From contig CAVZXQ010000019.1 in NCBI GenBank assembly GCA_963779315.1, positions 81,444 to 145,443 on the forward strand: a stretch of DNA of 64,000 nucleotides, given 5' to 3'. This DNA comes from an uncultured Chloroflexia bacterium (GTDB lineage: Bacteria > Chloroflexota > Limnocylindria > Limnocylindrales > CSP1-4). A program made the position numbers and the translations under genes. The notes under the pieces are model-generated. The model saw only the letters and a list, made by a program, of their open reading frames with translations, was not told the origin of the DNA and did no database searches. This document shows positions 39,793 to 51,049 of this stretch, in pieces (position 1 is the first letter of the stretch; each line of letters begins with the position of its first letter).

Positions 39793-40185
39793 ATCACTCG
39801 TCCTCGAGCGTCCTCGCCTGGTCCCACCAGCCCTCGATCGTGAGGTCGTCGGCGGCTCCTCGCCGAGCTCGCCCGGCGCCGCGGCCGACGCGCTCCGTGA
39901 ACGTCGTCGAGCGGCAGGTCGAGGATGTCGCGCAGGCCCTCGATCCCGGCCTGGATGAGCATCTGGTGCTCGATCGGCCCGAAGCTGGCGAGGTTGAGCA
40001 TCAGCGCCTCGTCGCGCCACATCAGGACGTCGTTCGTCGTGGCCGACGACCTGGTCGGCCAGCGTCTGGCGACGGGTCGTCGTCTCGGAGACCTCGAGGA
40101 GGAGGCCGGTCGTGAAGATGCCCTGGTGGTCGAGGCGCGCGAGGTGGACGGGCTCGATCCGGGTCAGCTCGTCGATCGGTGGCAT
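39793..40185 (-). pseudogene. DUF4332-type helix-hairpin-helix protein, frame-disrupted as assembled
   Basis: MPPIDELTRIEPVHLARLDHQGIFTTGLLLE, then in a second frame LMWRDEALMLNLASFGPIEHQMLIQAGIEGLRDI. Confidence 0.5.
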
Positions 40186-40273
40186 GGCGCGATGATGCCA
40201 TGCCCTCGAGGCGCGATGTTGGTGGCCTGGATGGCAGGGGCAGGTCGAAGCGATCCCGTTCTCGCTCACCGTG

Positions 40274-42842
40274 TCAGGCCCGGAAGCGGTCTGCCAGCTC
40301 GAGGGTCGCACGCTCGCGCAGGGCCGCGTACAGACGCTGCCGTTCCATCGCCTGCACGAGCGTCAGGTGGCTCTGCGGGATGTCGTGGTCGGCGAAGAAG
40401 GCCTGCACGTCGGCGACGACCTCCGGTGCCGTCAGCCAGCGCGCACCCTGGGCAAGGGCGATCACGCTCCCTTCCGCGAGCGGGTGCGAGTGAGCTCATC
40501 CCAGTGCGACCGCACGAACTGCCAGGCCATCTCGCCAAGGTCGCGGTTCATCAGGCAGACCTGCAACAGGTAGGGAGCGTCCTGCGTGCGGACGCCGCCG
40601 CCCGCGATCAGATCCAGGGTCCGCTGCATCAGGTCCGGGTCGCGGAACGTGGGCATGGCGTACCGATACCGATCCTGGTCCTGCGGCGTCGACGCCCCAT
40701 CCATGCGCTCGAGGAAGACGTCGTACTCCCATGGCCCGCCGATGAATGCCGCGACATCGATCGCCGCAGAGGCGACCGCCGGATCGATGCTGTGCCCCGC
40801 CCGGGCGCGGGCCTCGTCCTCGCGGGCGAGCGCCTGGGTCTCGCGGATCGTCGCCCAGGGTGCCCATCGCCCGGATCAGGTCGCCGCGCAGCTCGCGATC
40901 GAGGTCCGTCTCCCCTTCGCGTCCCTCCCAGCCGAGGCGCTGGAGCGCCGGACGCATGAGATCGCGAACGGAGGCGCGGAACCGCTCACGGGCATCGCCC
41001 TCCACGAATCGGTCGCACCAGCGAAGGCCCGCGAGGATCGTCTGCCAGACCGGCGGCGACGTCTCCTGCGCGAACCCCGCGACCAGGTCCAGGAACGACG
41101 ACACGCCCGCATCGCCGGCCACGACCGCCGCCCATGCGTCGTCCACGAGGCTCTGGCGCTCGCCGGGCGTCAGGTCCGATGCGGCCCGCGCCAGCAGTCG
41201 CCCGCGCAGTTCGTCGTCGTAGAAGGTCCGCACGAACGCGGTGGAACCGGCATTGGCGACGACCAGCGCATCGGGGTGCGCCAGGGCGAGTTCGAGGCCG
41301 TCCGCCTCCACGAGGACGTGCTCCACGAGCTCGCCGTCCGGCAGCACCTGTCGAACGATGAGCGGGACCGGCCAGGTCGTCGTGTCGTCGGGCAGCGTCG
41401 GTGCGAACCGATGCTGGGTCAGGTCGGATCACGTCGCCATCGAGGCGCGACGGAGATCGCCGGGTAGCCGGGCTGGAAGATCCATGGCTCCATGATCCGG
41501 CGCACCGGCTGGCCACTCTCGACCTCCAGGGCATCCCACAGGTCATGGGTCTCGGTGTTGTCATGCGCGTGGGTGGTCAGGTAGCGCCGAACGCCATCGC
41601 GGAAGACCTCGCGGTCCCAGCCATTGCTCGATCATCCGGAGGACCGCGCCGCCCTTCGTGTAGGTCAGCACATCGAACATCCCGGTGGCATCGGCCGGTG
41701 ACTCGACGGGGAACTCGATCGGCCGCGTCGTGGCCAGGCTGTCCACCTCGAATGCCCGCATCCGGTCCGCCTGGAAGGAGTCGAACACTCGCCAGGCCGG
41801 CTCCATCGCATCGACGCACAGGTAGGACATGAAGGTGGCGAACGCCTCATTCAGCCAGAGACCGTTCCACCACCGCATCGTGACCAGGTCGCCGAACCAC
41901 ATGTGCGCGTTCTCGTGCGCGATGGTCTCGGCCGCACCCAGCCGCTCGTCTGGCGCGGCCGTGACCGGATCGACGAGCAGCAGCGTTTCTCGATAGGTCA
42001 CGAGGCCCGTGTTCTCCATGGCGCCCGCGGCGAAGTCCGGGATCGCGACCTGGTCCAGCTTCTGTTCCGGATACGGGATGCCGTAGTAGTCGGCGAACCA
42101 GTCGAGCGTGAAGACGCCGACCGTGTTCGCGTAGGCGGCCAGCGGCAGCCGATCCGGCCGGCAGACCGTGCGCACCGGGACCCCTCGCGCATCGGCGGCG
42201 ACCGTCAGGCCAAGGTCGCCGACGACCACGGCGACCAGATAGGAGGACATCCGCATCGATCCCGCGAACCGGACCCGGGCGAACCCATCGGCAGCGGGCT
42301 CGCGGCCGACCTCGGGCGTGTTCGTCAGCACCACCAGGCCATCCGGCGCCTCGACCGTGATGGTGAACGACGCCTTCAGGTCTGGTTCGTCCCAGCACGG
42401 GAAGGCGCGTCGTGCATCCGTCGCCTCGAAGTGCGTCGAGATGAGGAACTGCTCCTCCCCCGCCGCATCCCGGTACCGGGAGCGGTACAGGCCGGCCAGG
42501 TGCTCGCCGAACGACGCCCGGAATGCCAGCCGCAGCGTGTAGTCACCTGGCGACAGCGTCTCGCTGAGCGTGACCGTGAGACGCTCCGCCGCGGCATCCG
42601 TGGACAGTCCGGTGACGTTTCCCGCCGACGCTCCGGCCGGCCCGCTGATCTCAGCGCGCTCGACGGTCAGGTCCTTCGCGTTGAGCACGACCTGGTCGAT
42701 GGCCTGGTGCACCGTGATCGCGATGTCGACCACGCCCGAGAAGGTCGGTCGCGGCGGGATCCAGGCGCAGTCGGAGGTCGTACTGGGAAGGCGTGACGGT
42801 CCGAGGCAGCCGGTACGCGGAACCCTGCATCAGATCCCCCAT
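40274..42842 (-). pseudogene. pepN: aminopeptidase N (M1 family), frame-disrupted as assembled
   Basis: GAMEN exopeptidase motif and HENAHMWFGD followed by WLNEAFA. The ERAP1-like C-terminal domain lies in ORFs 40496, 40462 and 40274. The N-terminus YRLPRTVTPSQYDL is in yet another frame. Confidence 0.85.
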
Positions 42843-42978
42843 TTCAGGTGACCGGTCGTCATGCGACGAGGGCAGCGCGTACGGCCCGGACCGGCACGAT
42901 GATATCGCGAGGCTGCCCACAGAGTGGGGATGTCGCGACTGCCGATCGGGACGCGGCCGGTCGAGTAGCATCGCCGCG

Positions 42979-43779
42979 ATGGATCGACTCCGGTTCGGCA
43001 CGTACCTTGCCCCGAACGTGATGCCCGATCTATGAGCTGGTGACCCGCGAGGTCGGGCGCCGCCTGGGCATCGAGACCGAACTGGTCGTCGAGACGTCGT
43101 ACGACAGCTGCGAGCGGGACGAGAACGACGTCTGCTTCGTCTGCAGCCTGCCCTACGTGACCTTCGAGCGCCGTGGGCTGGACCTGGCGGTGCCGATCGC
43201 GGCCCCGGTCCTGATCGGCGATCGATACGGCGGCCGGCCGGTCTACTTCTCGGACGTGATCGTGCGCGCGCGACAGCCCGTTCCGCTCGTTCGCCGATCT
43301 GCGTGGACGCTCGTGGGCCTACAACGAGCCCCTGTCCCACTCCGGGTACGGCATCACCCGATACCACCTTGTACGAACTTGGCGAGACCGGCGGCTTCTT
43401 CGGCGAGGTGATCGAGGCCGGGTTCCACGAGGAATCGATCCGGATGGTCGCGCGAGGCGACGTGGACGCCTCGGCGATCGATTCCCAGGTCCTCGGGATC
43501 GCCCTCCGCGAGGACCCCGCACTGGTGGAGCGCCTGCGCGTCGTGGAGGCGCTCGGTCCGTCCACGATCCAGCCGGTGGCGGTCTCGCGACGGGTGCCCG
43601 CGGACCTCAGGGCGGCGATCCGGGAGGTGCTTCTGACGATGACCGACGATCCGGCCGTGCGGGAGCCGTTCGCCGCGTGCCTCATCGAGCGCTTCGTGGC
43701 CGTCGACTCGGCGACGTACGACGACATCCGGATGATGCTGGACGCCTGCGAAACCGCGGGGTTCATGGAGATCCGCTGA
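42979..43779 (+). pseudogene. PhnD-like phosphonate/phosphite-type substrate-binding protein, frame-disrupted as assembled
   Basis: MDRLRFGTYLAPNV, VCSLPYV, YNEPLSHSGY (after a shift), and MVARGDVDASAIDSQVL. No signal peptide was seen. Confidence 0.5.
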
Positions 43780-43913
43780 CGCGCCACGCATCGATGTTGG
43801 CCGTGCGGCTCCGGACAGCCGGCCCAGCGCGTTGGGGTCAGATGGCCCTTGAGAGCCATCCCGGCGCGGACGGACGATCGTGCGCAAGACCGTCCCGAAC
43901 CAAGGAGCCGTTG

Positions 43914-44372
43914 ATGCCCCGCAGACCCGCCCGTCACGCCCTCGCCGCAGCCAGCCTTGTCCTCGTAGCCGCGCTGGTGGCAGCCTGTTCATCCGCCGCG
44001 CCGGGGTCGACATCGAGCGCGTCCGTCACAGGCGCGTCCGCTGGTTCGGTCGAGGCGCTACCCGCCGAGATCTCGACAGCCGATGCGCTCGCCCTTCGGG
44101 ATTCCGGCGCCTTCATGCTCGATGTCCGCCAGCCCGACGAGTGGGCCGCCGGGCACATCCCCGGGGCGACGCTGATCCCGCTTGGCGACCTCCCCGGACG
44201 GCTCGCGGAGGTGCCCATGGACCGACAGGTCGTCGTGGTGTGTCGCTCCGGCAACCGCAGCGCCCAGGGCCGGGACATCCTCCTGGGCGCAGGTTACCCA
44301 TCGGTCACCTCGATGGCCGGCGGCATGAAGGACTGGATCGCGGCGGACTACCCTACGCAGACCGGGAGCTAG
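43914..44372 (+). CDS. rhodanese-domain lipoprotein
   Basis: AAGGAG precedes the ATG. Lipobox LVAACSS. Rhodanese core DVRQPDEWAAGHIPGA with active-site loop VCRSGNRS. Confidence 0.8.
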   Translation: MPRRPARHALAAASLVLVAALVAACSSAAPGSTSSASVTGASAGSVEALPAEISTADALALRDSGAFMLDVRQPDEWAAGHIPGATLIPLGDLPGRLAEVPMDRQVVVVCRSGNRSAQGRDILLGAGYPSVTSMAGGMKDWIAADYPTQTGS

Positions 44373-44457
44373 CTGGTTCCTGACGATGCCGGGGTGGACC
44401 GTACCCACCCGACGTTCGCGGCGCTACGATGTGGCCGACTGAGGTCACGACTGGGAG

Positions 44458-44748
44458 GTGAGTCTGATGATGGCGATCTTTGGGGCGATCGTGCCGCGAT
44501 TCGTGCTACTGGCGGCGTGGTCCAACGACCAGTCGTACTGGGCATCGCTGTTCGGCTCCCCTGTCTGGTTCCTGGGCGGGTTCCTGTTCTTCCCGTGGAC
44601 GACCCTCGTCTACGGCTTTGCCGCGCAGGGCGGCCTGAGCCTGCTCAACTGGGTCTTCATCGGCGCGGCGCTGCTGATCGACCTCGGGACCTGGGGCATC
44701 GGCGCCTTCGCGACCAAGAAGCAGGCCGACTCGTACATGGGCAACTAG
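44458..44748 (+). CDS. small three-helix membrane protein
   Basis: 96 aa, hydrophobic and Trp/Phe-rich. No family was recognised. Confidence 0.5.
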   Translation: MSLMMAIFGAIVPRFVLLAAWSNDQSYWASLFGSPVWFLGGFLFFPWTTLVYGFAAQGGLSLLNWVFIGAALLIDLGTWGIGAFATKKQADSYMGN

Positions 44749-44776
44749 GCGGCGCTGGCCCTCCGCGACCGGGCGG

Positions 44777-45191
44777 TCACTCGCCCGGTCCATCGCCCTC
44801 GTGGGGGCGCCGGGCAACGGCCGCGTCGATGCGGGCGTGCACATCCGGGAACTTGACCATCAGCCGTCCCAACTCGAAGCTGCCGAACGCCACCAGTTCG
44901 GCAATCGGTGGTACAGGTGGCCGTGGCGGTGCGTGCGGTCCCCTCGACGAGGGCGATCTCGCCGATGAAGCCGCCGTCTGACATGGAGCGGACGAACTCG
45001 CCCTGTCGATCGATGTGGATCGTTCCGCCGACGATGACGTAGAAGGACTCGGCCGGCTCACCTTCGCGGATCAGGACGGTGCCAGCGGGCGCCGACTCGA
45101 CCCGGGCCAGTGCCGCCACGGCTTCCAGGCTTCGTGGCTCGAGTCCGGAGAAGATCGGCAGGCGAGCGATGATCGTGGTCTTGTCGTCCAT
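44777..45191 (-). pseudogene. cyclic-nucleotide-binding domain protein, one frameshift as assembled
   Basis: LPIFSGLEPRSLEAVAAL...GTVLIREGEPAESFYVIVGG...FIGEIALVEGTARTATA. The tail continues in ORF 44777-45061. Confidence 0.7.
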
Positions 45192-45290
45192 ATCCCCGCG
45201 AGCATAGCCCGCCTCATTCCCCGGTGTCTGCGCGTCCTCCCTCAACGGCCCCGATATGGGGGCCGAGGGCATCAGAGTCGGTGGCCCAGC

Positions 45291-45905
45291 CTAGCCGAGG
45301 ACGAACCAGGCGATCGAAGTGTCTGACGCTACCGCTCGGTTGAGGTAGATCCGCGCGACCCCCGAGCTCGGGTAGTTGGGCCGGACCGTCGTGACGAAGA
45401 TGCCGGGCCGGAGATCCATGAGGTTCGCGAAGCCGAGCGGGGTACCGGTGAGGCCACCCTTGCGCCGCAGGTCGATGTCGACATGGGCTGTGCCCGATGG
45501 AACGATCGCCCGACCGCTCCTGTTGACGAACTTGGCCTTGCCATTCACGTAGAGCGCGGTACCACTGCCGCTGTGGGAAGCCACGATCGCGCACGCTCGA
45601 TCACCGGACACGCGTGCGTACACGCCGCAGTCGGTCCAGCTGACGCTTCCGTCGCTGATCGCGATCACCGCCTGGCCGGCTGGCACGTGGGCGTAGATGG
45701 CGGCAGGCTCGGTCCCGGACACCTGAAGCGCGCCGTTCAGGACCGTCGGAGTCCTCGCCGCATTCTGCTGGCCCAGGAGGAACGCGTCGCCGTCGGCCGC
45801 GATCGCGGGCAGAGGTCTGGCCAGTCCGCCAGCGACGGTCGCGACGGCCGCCCCGGCAGCGGCCGTGAGGATGGCACGCCGACTGCTCGTGGTCGTTGTA
45901 GACAT
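45291..45905 (-). CDS. Tat-signal secreted hypothetical protein
   Basis: Twin-arginine motif SRRAILTAAAGAAV with cleavage-like PAIAADG. GGAGGA precedes ATG 45905. Confidence 0.65.
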   Translation of the reverse strand: MSTTTTSSRRAILTAAAGAAVATVAGGLARPLPAIAADGDAFLLGQQNAARTPTVLNGALQVSGTEPAAIYAHVPAGQAVIAISDGSVSWTDCGVYARVSGDRACAIVASHSGSGTALYVNGKAKFVNRSGRAIVPSGTAHVDIDLRRKGGLTGTPLGFANLMDLRPGIFVTTVRPNYPSSGVARIYLNRAVASDTSIAWFVLG

Positions 45906-46189
45906 GGCACGTCCTCCAGTTGCCCTCCGGTGTGAGCTGCTGGCTCCGTTAGCTCGTGGGCGGCCCAGCGCCGGGTGTGGACCACGAGGCGATGCTCCGC
46001 GGCAGGACCAACGTGGTCCGTCTGTCCATGGCCGGCCCGGCATCGGACGCCGAGCCTGATCGGATCATCTGACGGTCCCACACGATGCACTAGTGTCCTC
46101 GGTCATCTGGATCGACCCTGAACGGCCCGCGCTGGACACCGACGGCCGATCAGCAGAACGGCGACACAGGCGCGAGCGAGGTCGCTACG

Positions 46190-46636
46190 ATGGGTGGCAT
46201 GGCGACAAGCATCTGTCCAAATTGCGGAACAGCCCGAATGGGTTCGTTCCGATACTGCCGATCGTGTGGGCTCGACTACGACGCCCCGGTGGCGGACGCA
46301 CCGGATCCTTCGCCCGCGGTCCTGGCCCCGATGCCCGAGGCAATGCCGGCCGTGCTCCACAGTGCGAGCTCCGATGATGTGCAGCCACAGCCGGCCGGTG
46401 ACGTGATCGTGATCCAGATCCGGCACCTGAAGCTGTTTGCGGGCGTGATCGCCGGTGGACTCATCGGGATGATGCTGGCGGGCGCGGTCATCGTCCCCTT
46501 CTTCGGGGAGGAGGGTGTCCTGCTCGGCTCGCTGGCGGGCATCGTCACGGTGGTCGTGTCGGCATGGCTCGGGATGCGGTTCGTCCGAGCGAGAGAGGCG
46601 CGACGACCTGCGGGCGGGAACGAAGCTCCGGGGTGA
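46190..46636 (+). CDS. zinc-ribbon membrane protein
   Basis: CPNCG...YCRSCG double CxxC at the N-terminus, Pro-rich linker, two C-terminal TM helices. An alternative start is at 46199. Confidence 0.65.
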   Translation: MGGMATSICPNCGTARMGSFRYCRSCGLDYDAPVADAPDPSPAVLAPMPEAMPAVLHSASSDDVQPQPAGDVIVIQIRHLKLFAGVIAGGLIGMMLAGAVIVPFFGEEGVLLGSLAGIVTVVVSAWLGMRFVRAREARRPAGGNEAPG

Positions 46637-46807
46637 GCGCGGAACCGGGTAGAGGCGATAGGTACCAATGGCACTTGTCAGCCCACTTTCCGAGGCGGAA
46701 GCTTACGCCCTGACGCGGGAGACAAGGAGGCGCGGTCCACATCGTGGCCGCCGGAGCCGCGCTGAGTCACTGGCGAACCCGACCCGCCCGCAGCCGGAGG
46801 TTGGGCC

Positions 46808-47254
46808 ATGGTGCACATCCGCGAGGAGACCCTGGTCGAGGTGCCCGTCGAGCCGGTCTGGGCGTTCTTCTGTGACGCGTCGCGCTGGCCCGAGTGGATG
46901 CCACGGATCGTGAACTCGGATCTGAGTGGTCCCCTGGACCAGGTCGGGACGACGATCGTCCAGACGATGCGGCTCATGGGCTATGAGCGGACGAGCACGG
47001 AAGTGGTCGTCGAGGTGGAACCGTTGCGGCTCATCCACAGCCATATCGACGACGGTCCGATGGAGATGTTCTACCGGTTCGTACCAGAGGGCGACGCGAC
47101 CCGCGTGGTCTTCGAGTCCGACTACGAGATGCCGGGTCACCTGCCCGGGTTCATCAAGAACCTCGTCAACAAGAGCTGGGTCGAGCGGCAGACTCGCCAC
47201 ATGCTCCAGGACTTCAAGGCCATCGCCGAGGTTGCGGTCCCCGTCCCGGCCTGA
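46808..47254 (+). CDS. SRPBCC (polyketide cyclase/START-like) family protein
   Basis: VEPVWAFFCDASRWPEWMP pattern, about 148 aa. GGAGG precedes the ATG. Confidence 0.7.
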   Translation: MVHIREETLVEVPVEPVWAFFCDASRWPEWMPRIVNSDLSGPLDQVGTTIVQTMRLMGYERTSTEVVVEVEPLRLIHSHIDDGPMEMFYRFVPEGDATRVVFESDYEMPGHLPGFIKNLVNKSWVERQTRHMLQDFKAIAEVAVPVPA

Positions 47255-47378
47255 AATCTCGGCCCCGGTCGCCAGTCTCCGGTCGGCCGGGGCCGCGCTG
47301 TTCCTGCGGTACGACCCGGGTCGCTCGGAAGCAGCTTGTCCGCTCGATGCGGGTCGACAGCTCGTACCAAGCAGCCGC

Positions 47379-48497
47379 CTAGTTCCGCCGGATCGCCACT
47401 CCATCGATGTACACGTTCTTGCCGCTGGACGCGAGCTTGATGGTGAGCGTGCCACTGCGCGCGGACGAGAATGTCGCCACGGTGATGAGTTGCTTCGTGA
47501 CGGTCGTAGGCGAATAGAAGTTGATCAGCTTGAGGAGGGACGAGCCCCAGGAGACCATGGCAAAGCCGCAGGTCGGGCAGGTCGTTGCGACGATCGCGAT
47601 CCGCTTCGCCACGATGCCGGTCCGGGTCAGGATCGTCGCGTACTTGGACGAGCGCGTGTAGGTGGAGCGGTAGTAGCTGGCGCTGGTTCCGGTCGTCCAA
47701 CCGGAGGAGCGCGTGAGTCCCCGGTCGTCGACTGGCGTCGCAGTGCAGGTTTCGGGCGCCCACGAGGATGGCGCCCCCAGCGTGTCCCGGGCCAGGACCG
47801 AGAAGCAGTAGGTGTAGCCCGACGATGCCGGGAATGCCGCACTCGTCGCTGTGGTCGCGCTTCGCCAGATCACGACCGAACCGAAGTTGCCGCTCCAGGC
47901 CGCTCGCCGGTAGCGGACGTCGTAGGAGGCGATGGGCGAGGAGCCTGCCACCGCGGCCCAGCTGAGCGGGATGCTGGTCGCCGCGATCCAGTTCGGGAGG
48001 GCCGTGATCGATGCGGTCGGCGGGACCGGAGCGGTCGGCGTCACGACTGCCGACGGGCTCGAAGCAAGGCCCGTCCCGTCGCCATTCGTGGCGGTCACGG
48101 TGAACGTGTACGCGGTCCCGTTCGTGAGGCCGATCACCGTGCACGAGAGAGCACCGCTCGTGGCACACGTCGTGCCGGCCGGCGAAGCGGTGGCGGTGTA
48201 CCCCGTGATCGGGGAACCGCCGTCGTCGCCGGGGGCGACCCAGGTGACCTGGACCGAAGCATCGCCAGGCGCGCCGGTCACCCCAGTCGGCGCCGATGGC
48301 ATCGAGTTGGGAAGCACGACCGCGTCCGGGGTGGGAGAGGCCGATGTCCCGGCTGTTGAGGCCGCGACGGCCATGGGCGAGACGACCGTGATCGCTACGA
48401 GCAGCGGCGTGACCGCGCTCACCCAGCCGCGGGAGGAGAGGCGAAACAACGGGCGGACCTCCACAGCCTTGCGGACCTCCGAGGTCTCTGTGCACAT
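47379..48497 (-). CDS. secreted fibronectin type III domain protein
   Basis: Signal/TM segment, then an FN3 signature ([38 protein letters not shown]...[18 protein letters not shown]). The C-terminal domain contains Cys pairs. Confidence 0.75.
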   Translation of the reverse strand: MCTETSEVRKAVEVRPLFRLSSRGWVSAVTPLLVAITVVSPMAVAASTAGTSASPTPDAVVLPNSMPSAPTGVTGAPGDASVQVTWVAPGDDGGSPITGYTATASPAGTTCATSGALSCTVIGLTNGTAYTFTVTATNGDGTGLASSPSAVVTPTAPVPPTASITALPNWIAATSIPLSWAAVAGSSPIASYDVRYRRAAWSGNFGSVVIWRSATTATSAAFPASSGYTYCFSVLARDTLGAPSSWAPETCTATPVDDRGLTRSSGWTTGTSASYYRSTYTRSSKYATILTRTGIVAKRIAIVATTCPTCGFAMVSWGSSLLKLINFYSPTTVTKQLITVATFSSARSGTLTIKLASSGKNVYIDGVAIRRN

Positions 48498-48655
48498 CGG
48501 AGTCGCGATCGAAGCATCGAGACGATCGCGACCGACGTCGAGGGACCAGAAGTCCCGTTCGAAGGGAGGACCGGGTCGGGCAGATCCAAAGGCCCCGACA
48601 TCAGCGGGGCCTTTGCGATCGCCGCGGGCTCGAGGTCTGTGGCTCTCGATCCTCG

Positions 48656-49120
48656 CTACCGGAGGAGGTCGCAGATGTGGTCGAGGTTCTCCGAGAAGAC
48701 CTGGTCGCCGACGAGGAGGCCGTGATAGGTGGTCTCACCCGTATCAAGGTTGACCTCCACTCGACCGATGACCGACGAGAACGTCAGGGACCGCCCGACG
48801 ACGACGAAGGACGGCGTGCCCGCTCGCATATGCTCCATGTCCGGCCCGACATCGACCAGGTGGTATGAACCGTTCGCGCTGGTCAACCTGTTGTTGATGT
48901 TCCAATTGGCCAGCTGGGTCACAGCGCCGCGCTTGTCGTTGTGGAACACGACGTGCCCGCTGCTGTCCGAGGTCACCGGGAAACCGCAGGCGCCCGTGAA
49001 GATGATCGAGTCCGCTACGTCGTCGAACTCGAAGGAGATGATGGTCGGCGGGGCTGCGAGGACCGGTACGGCTGATGCCAGGGTCAGCAGGGTGGCGATG
49101 ACGAATGCGATGCGACGCAT
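48656..49120 (-). CDS. secreted two-cysteine hypothetical protein
   Basis: GGAGGAGG precedes ATG 49120. Signal peptide ends in VPVLAAPP. Cys residues lie in GACGFPV and HICDLL. Confidence 0.6.
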   Translation of the reverse strand: MRRIAFVIATLLTLASAVPVLAAPPTIISFEFDDVADSIIFTGACGFPVTSDSSGHVVFHNDKRGAVTQLANWNINNRLTSANGSYHLVDVGPDMEHMRAGTPSFVVVGRSLTFSSVIGRVEVNLDTGETTYHGLLVGDQVFSENLDHICDLLR

Positions 49121-49437
49121 GGAACCTCCTCCGCTCGTGGATCCACGGGACGGGGCGGGAGCCGATCGCGGACCTTGGCGGGAACTATCTTCGTGCACGT
49201 CAGCTGTGTCGAGGCCGGCGCGAGCCTTCATTCACTTTCCGGTGCGCAGATGCACCGTCGTCTCCAGCGAATCGAGCTGGCGACGTCATCGCCTCGTACG
49301 AGACGCCCTGCCCCTGATGAAGGCGTGATGTCGTTGGATCGTCATGTCACCATGAACACTTCGTCCGGGGCCTTCCCGCGCCCATGCATCGGTGCTTGGG
49401 CCCGTCCATGCTGGCTCCCCGGGAAGCGCCCGGACGA

Positions 49438-49998
49438 TCAGCGCCCGGCACGCCACTCGGACTCGAGCATCGCGCACACGATCTCTCCGACCCATCGGCC
49501 CTTGACGAACTCGCTCTCGGCGAAATGAGCCTCGCGTCGCATCCCAAGGTGCTCCATGACGCGGAGGGACGCGACATTGCGCTGATCGCTCTGGGCCACG
49601 ATCCGGTGTAGATCCAGGTCCTCGAACCCGAGGCGAAGCATCTCCCGGGCGCCTTCCGTTGCCAGCCCGCGGCCCTGGACGTCCGGATGGAAACTCCAGC
49701 CGATCTCGCCTTGACGGTCCTTGGCGCTCGTGAGCACGAGCATGAACTCACCGACCACTCGCCCCGTCTCCGACTCCACCGCGGCAAGCAGGAGCGGATC
49801 CCCATCCGTCTCGATGCGCGTCTGTCGGACGCGTTGCTCGAGCTTGGCGCGCGCCTGGTCGAGGTCCATCGGCTCCCACGGGAGGTAGCGGCACACGTCC
49901 TCATGGCCGAACATCTCGTGGAGGGCTTTGAGGTCGCCCATCTCGTACGGTCGAAGGATCAACCGCGCCGTGTTGAGCGGATGGGAGAGTTCGAGCAT
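49438..49998 (-). CDS. GNAT family N-acetyltransferase (RimJ/RimL-like)
   Basis: RLILRPYEMGDLKALHEMF and GEIGWSFHPDVQGRGLATEGAREML...RIVAQSDQRNVASLRVMEHLGM. An alternative start is at 50025. Confidence 0.8.
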   Translation of the reverse strand: MLELSHPLNTARLILRPYEMGDLKALHEMFGHEDVCRYLPWEPMDLDQARAKLEQRVRQTRIETDGDPLLLAAVESETGRVVGEFMLVLTSAKDRQGEIGWSFHPDVQGRGLATEGAREMLRLGFEDLDLHRIVAQSDQRNVASLRVMEHLGMRREAHFAESEFVKGRWVGEIVCAMLESEWRAGR

Positions 49999-50126
49999 CC
50001 GGGAACGATACCCGGTGGTCGGCATGGACCGGACGGCCGCTGTGGCGGGATCGCGGGTTCGGGACTCGAGCCGGAGGAGTATCGTCCGGGACACTGGGGG
50101 TCGAACGCCCGTTCCCGGCGGTCCCC

Positions 50127-50981
50127 TTGGTCATGGAGGCAGACCGTATGCGTCCCCAACGCACGATACGTCGAGGAGCCATCCGGAGTCGCCGTCACCT
50201 GCGCCATGCCGCGCTGACTCTTGGCGCTGTCGCGGCGGGCCTCGTGCTCGCTGCCGGTCCGGTCTCCGCGATCACGTTCGGCACGCCCGACACGACTAGC
50301 AAGTACGCCAACGTCGGCTCGCTGGTGCTCACCGTCCCCGATGGCCGGTCGTTCCAGCTCTGCACTGGCACGCTGATCGCGTCCAGAGTCGTGCTCACCG
50401 CCGCCCACTGCCTGGTCGGCTTCGAGGACTTCAAGATCAGCATGACCTTCGATGCGGTGATCGATGAGGACCAGAACGGATTCGTCGACGACGATGTCAC
50501 CCTCCTCAGCGGCACGAGCGAGGCGCATCCGCGATACGCCTCCGGGGGCGCCAATAACACCTACGACGTCGGCGTCATCGTGCTCGACGAGCCCGTGATC
50601 GGTTTGCCGTTCGCGCCCTTGCCCGAGCTCGGAGCGCTCGACACGAAGGCTGCCAAGGCCGCCAGGTACACGGCTGTCGGCTATGGAACGGTGCGCGACT
50701 CGAAGTCCGGCGGCAAGAATTCGCTCGGGCTCGGATGGCAACGGGAGTACGCGGAGCAGTCGGTGAACTCGGTCACCAGGAGTTGGATCACACTCTCGAT
50801 GAACCCCTCCACAGGGAATGGTGGCACGTGTTACGGCGACTCCGGTGGACCACATTTCAACAACCGAGGGGCCGTGGTCTCACTCACCGTGACCGGCGAT
50901 GCCTACTGTCGCTCGACCGACAAGACGTACCGGATGGACACCGCCGACGCCCAGGACTTTCTCTCACCGTTCCTCGACTGA
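50127..50981 (+). CDS. secreted trypsin-like (S1) serine protease
   Basis: Catalytic His in LTAAHC and Ser in GDSGGP. Signal peptide ends in AAGPVSA. The start may be the ATG at 50148. Confidence 0.85.
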   Translation: MVMEADRMRPQRTIRRGAIRSRRHLRHAALTLGAVAAGLVLAAGPVSAITFGTPDTTSKYANVGSLVLTVPDGRSFQLCTGTLIASRVVLTAAHCLVGFEDFKISMTFDAVIDEDQNGFVDDDVTLLSGTSEAHPRYASGGANNTYDVGVIVLDEPVIGLPFAPLPELGALDTKAAKAARYTAVGYGTVRDSKSGGKNSLGLGWQREYAEQSVNSVTRSWITLSMNPSTGNGGTCYGDSGGPHFNNRGAVVSLTVTGDAYCRSTDKTYRMDTADAQDFLSPFLD

Positions 50982-51049
50982 GGACCCGAAGCACGGCCTC
51001 CGGCCGGCCCGGACCGGTGGCCGCCCGTGGCGGGATAGCAGGTCGTCGA

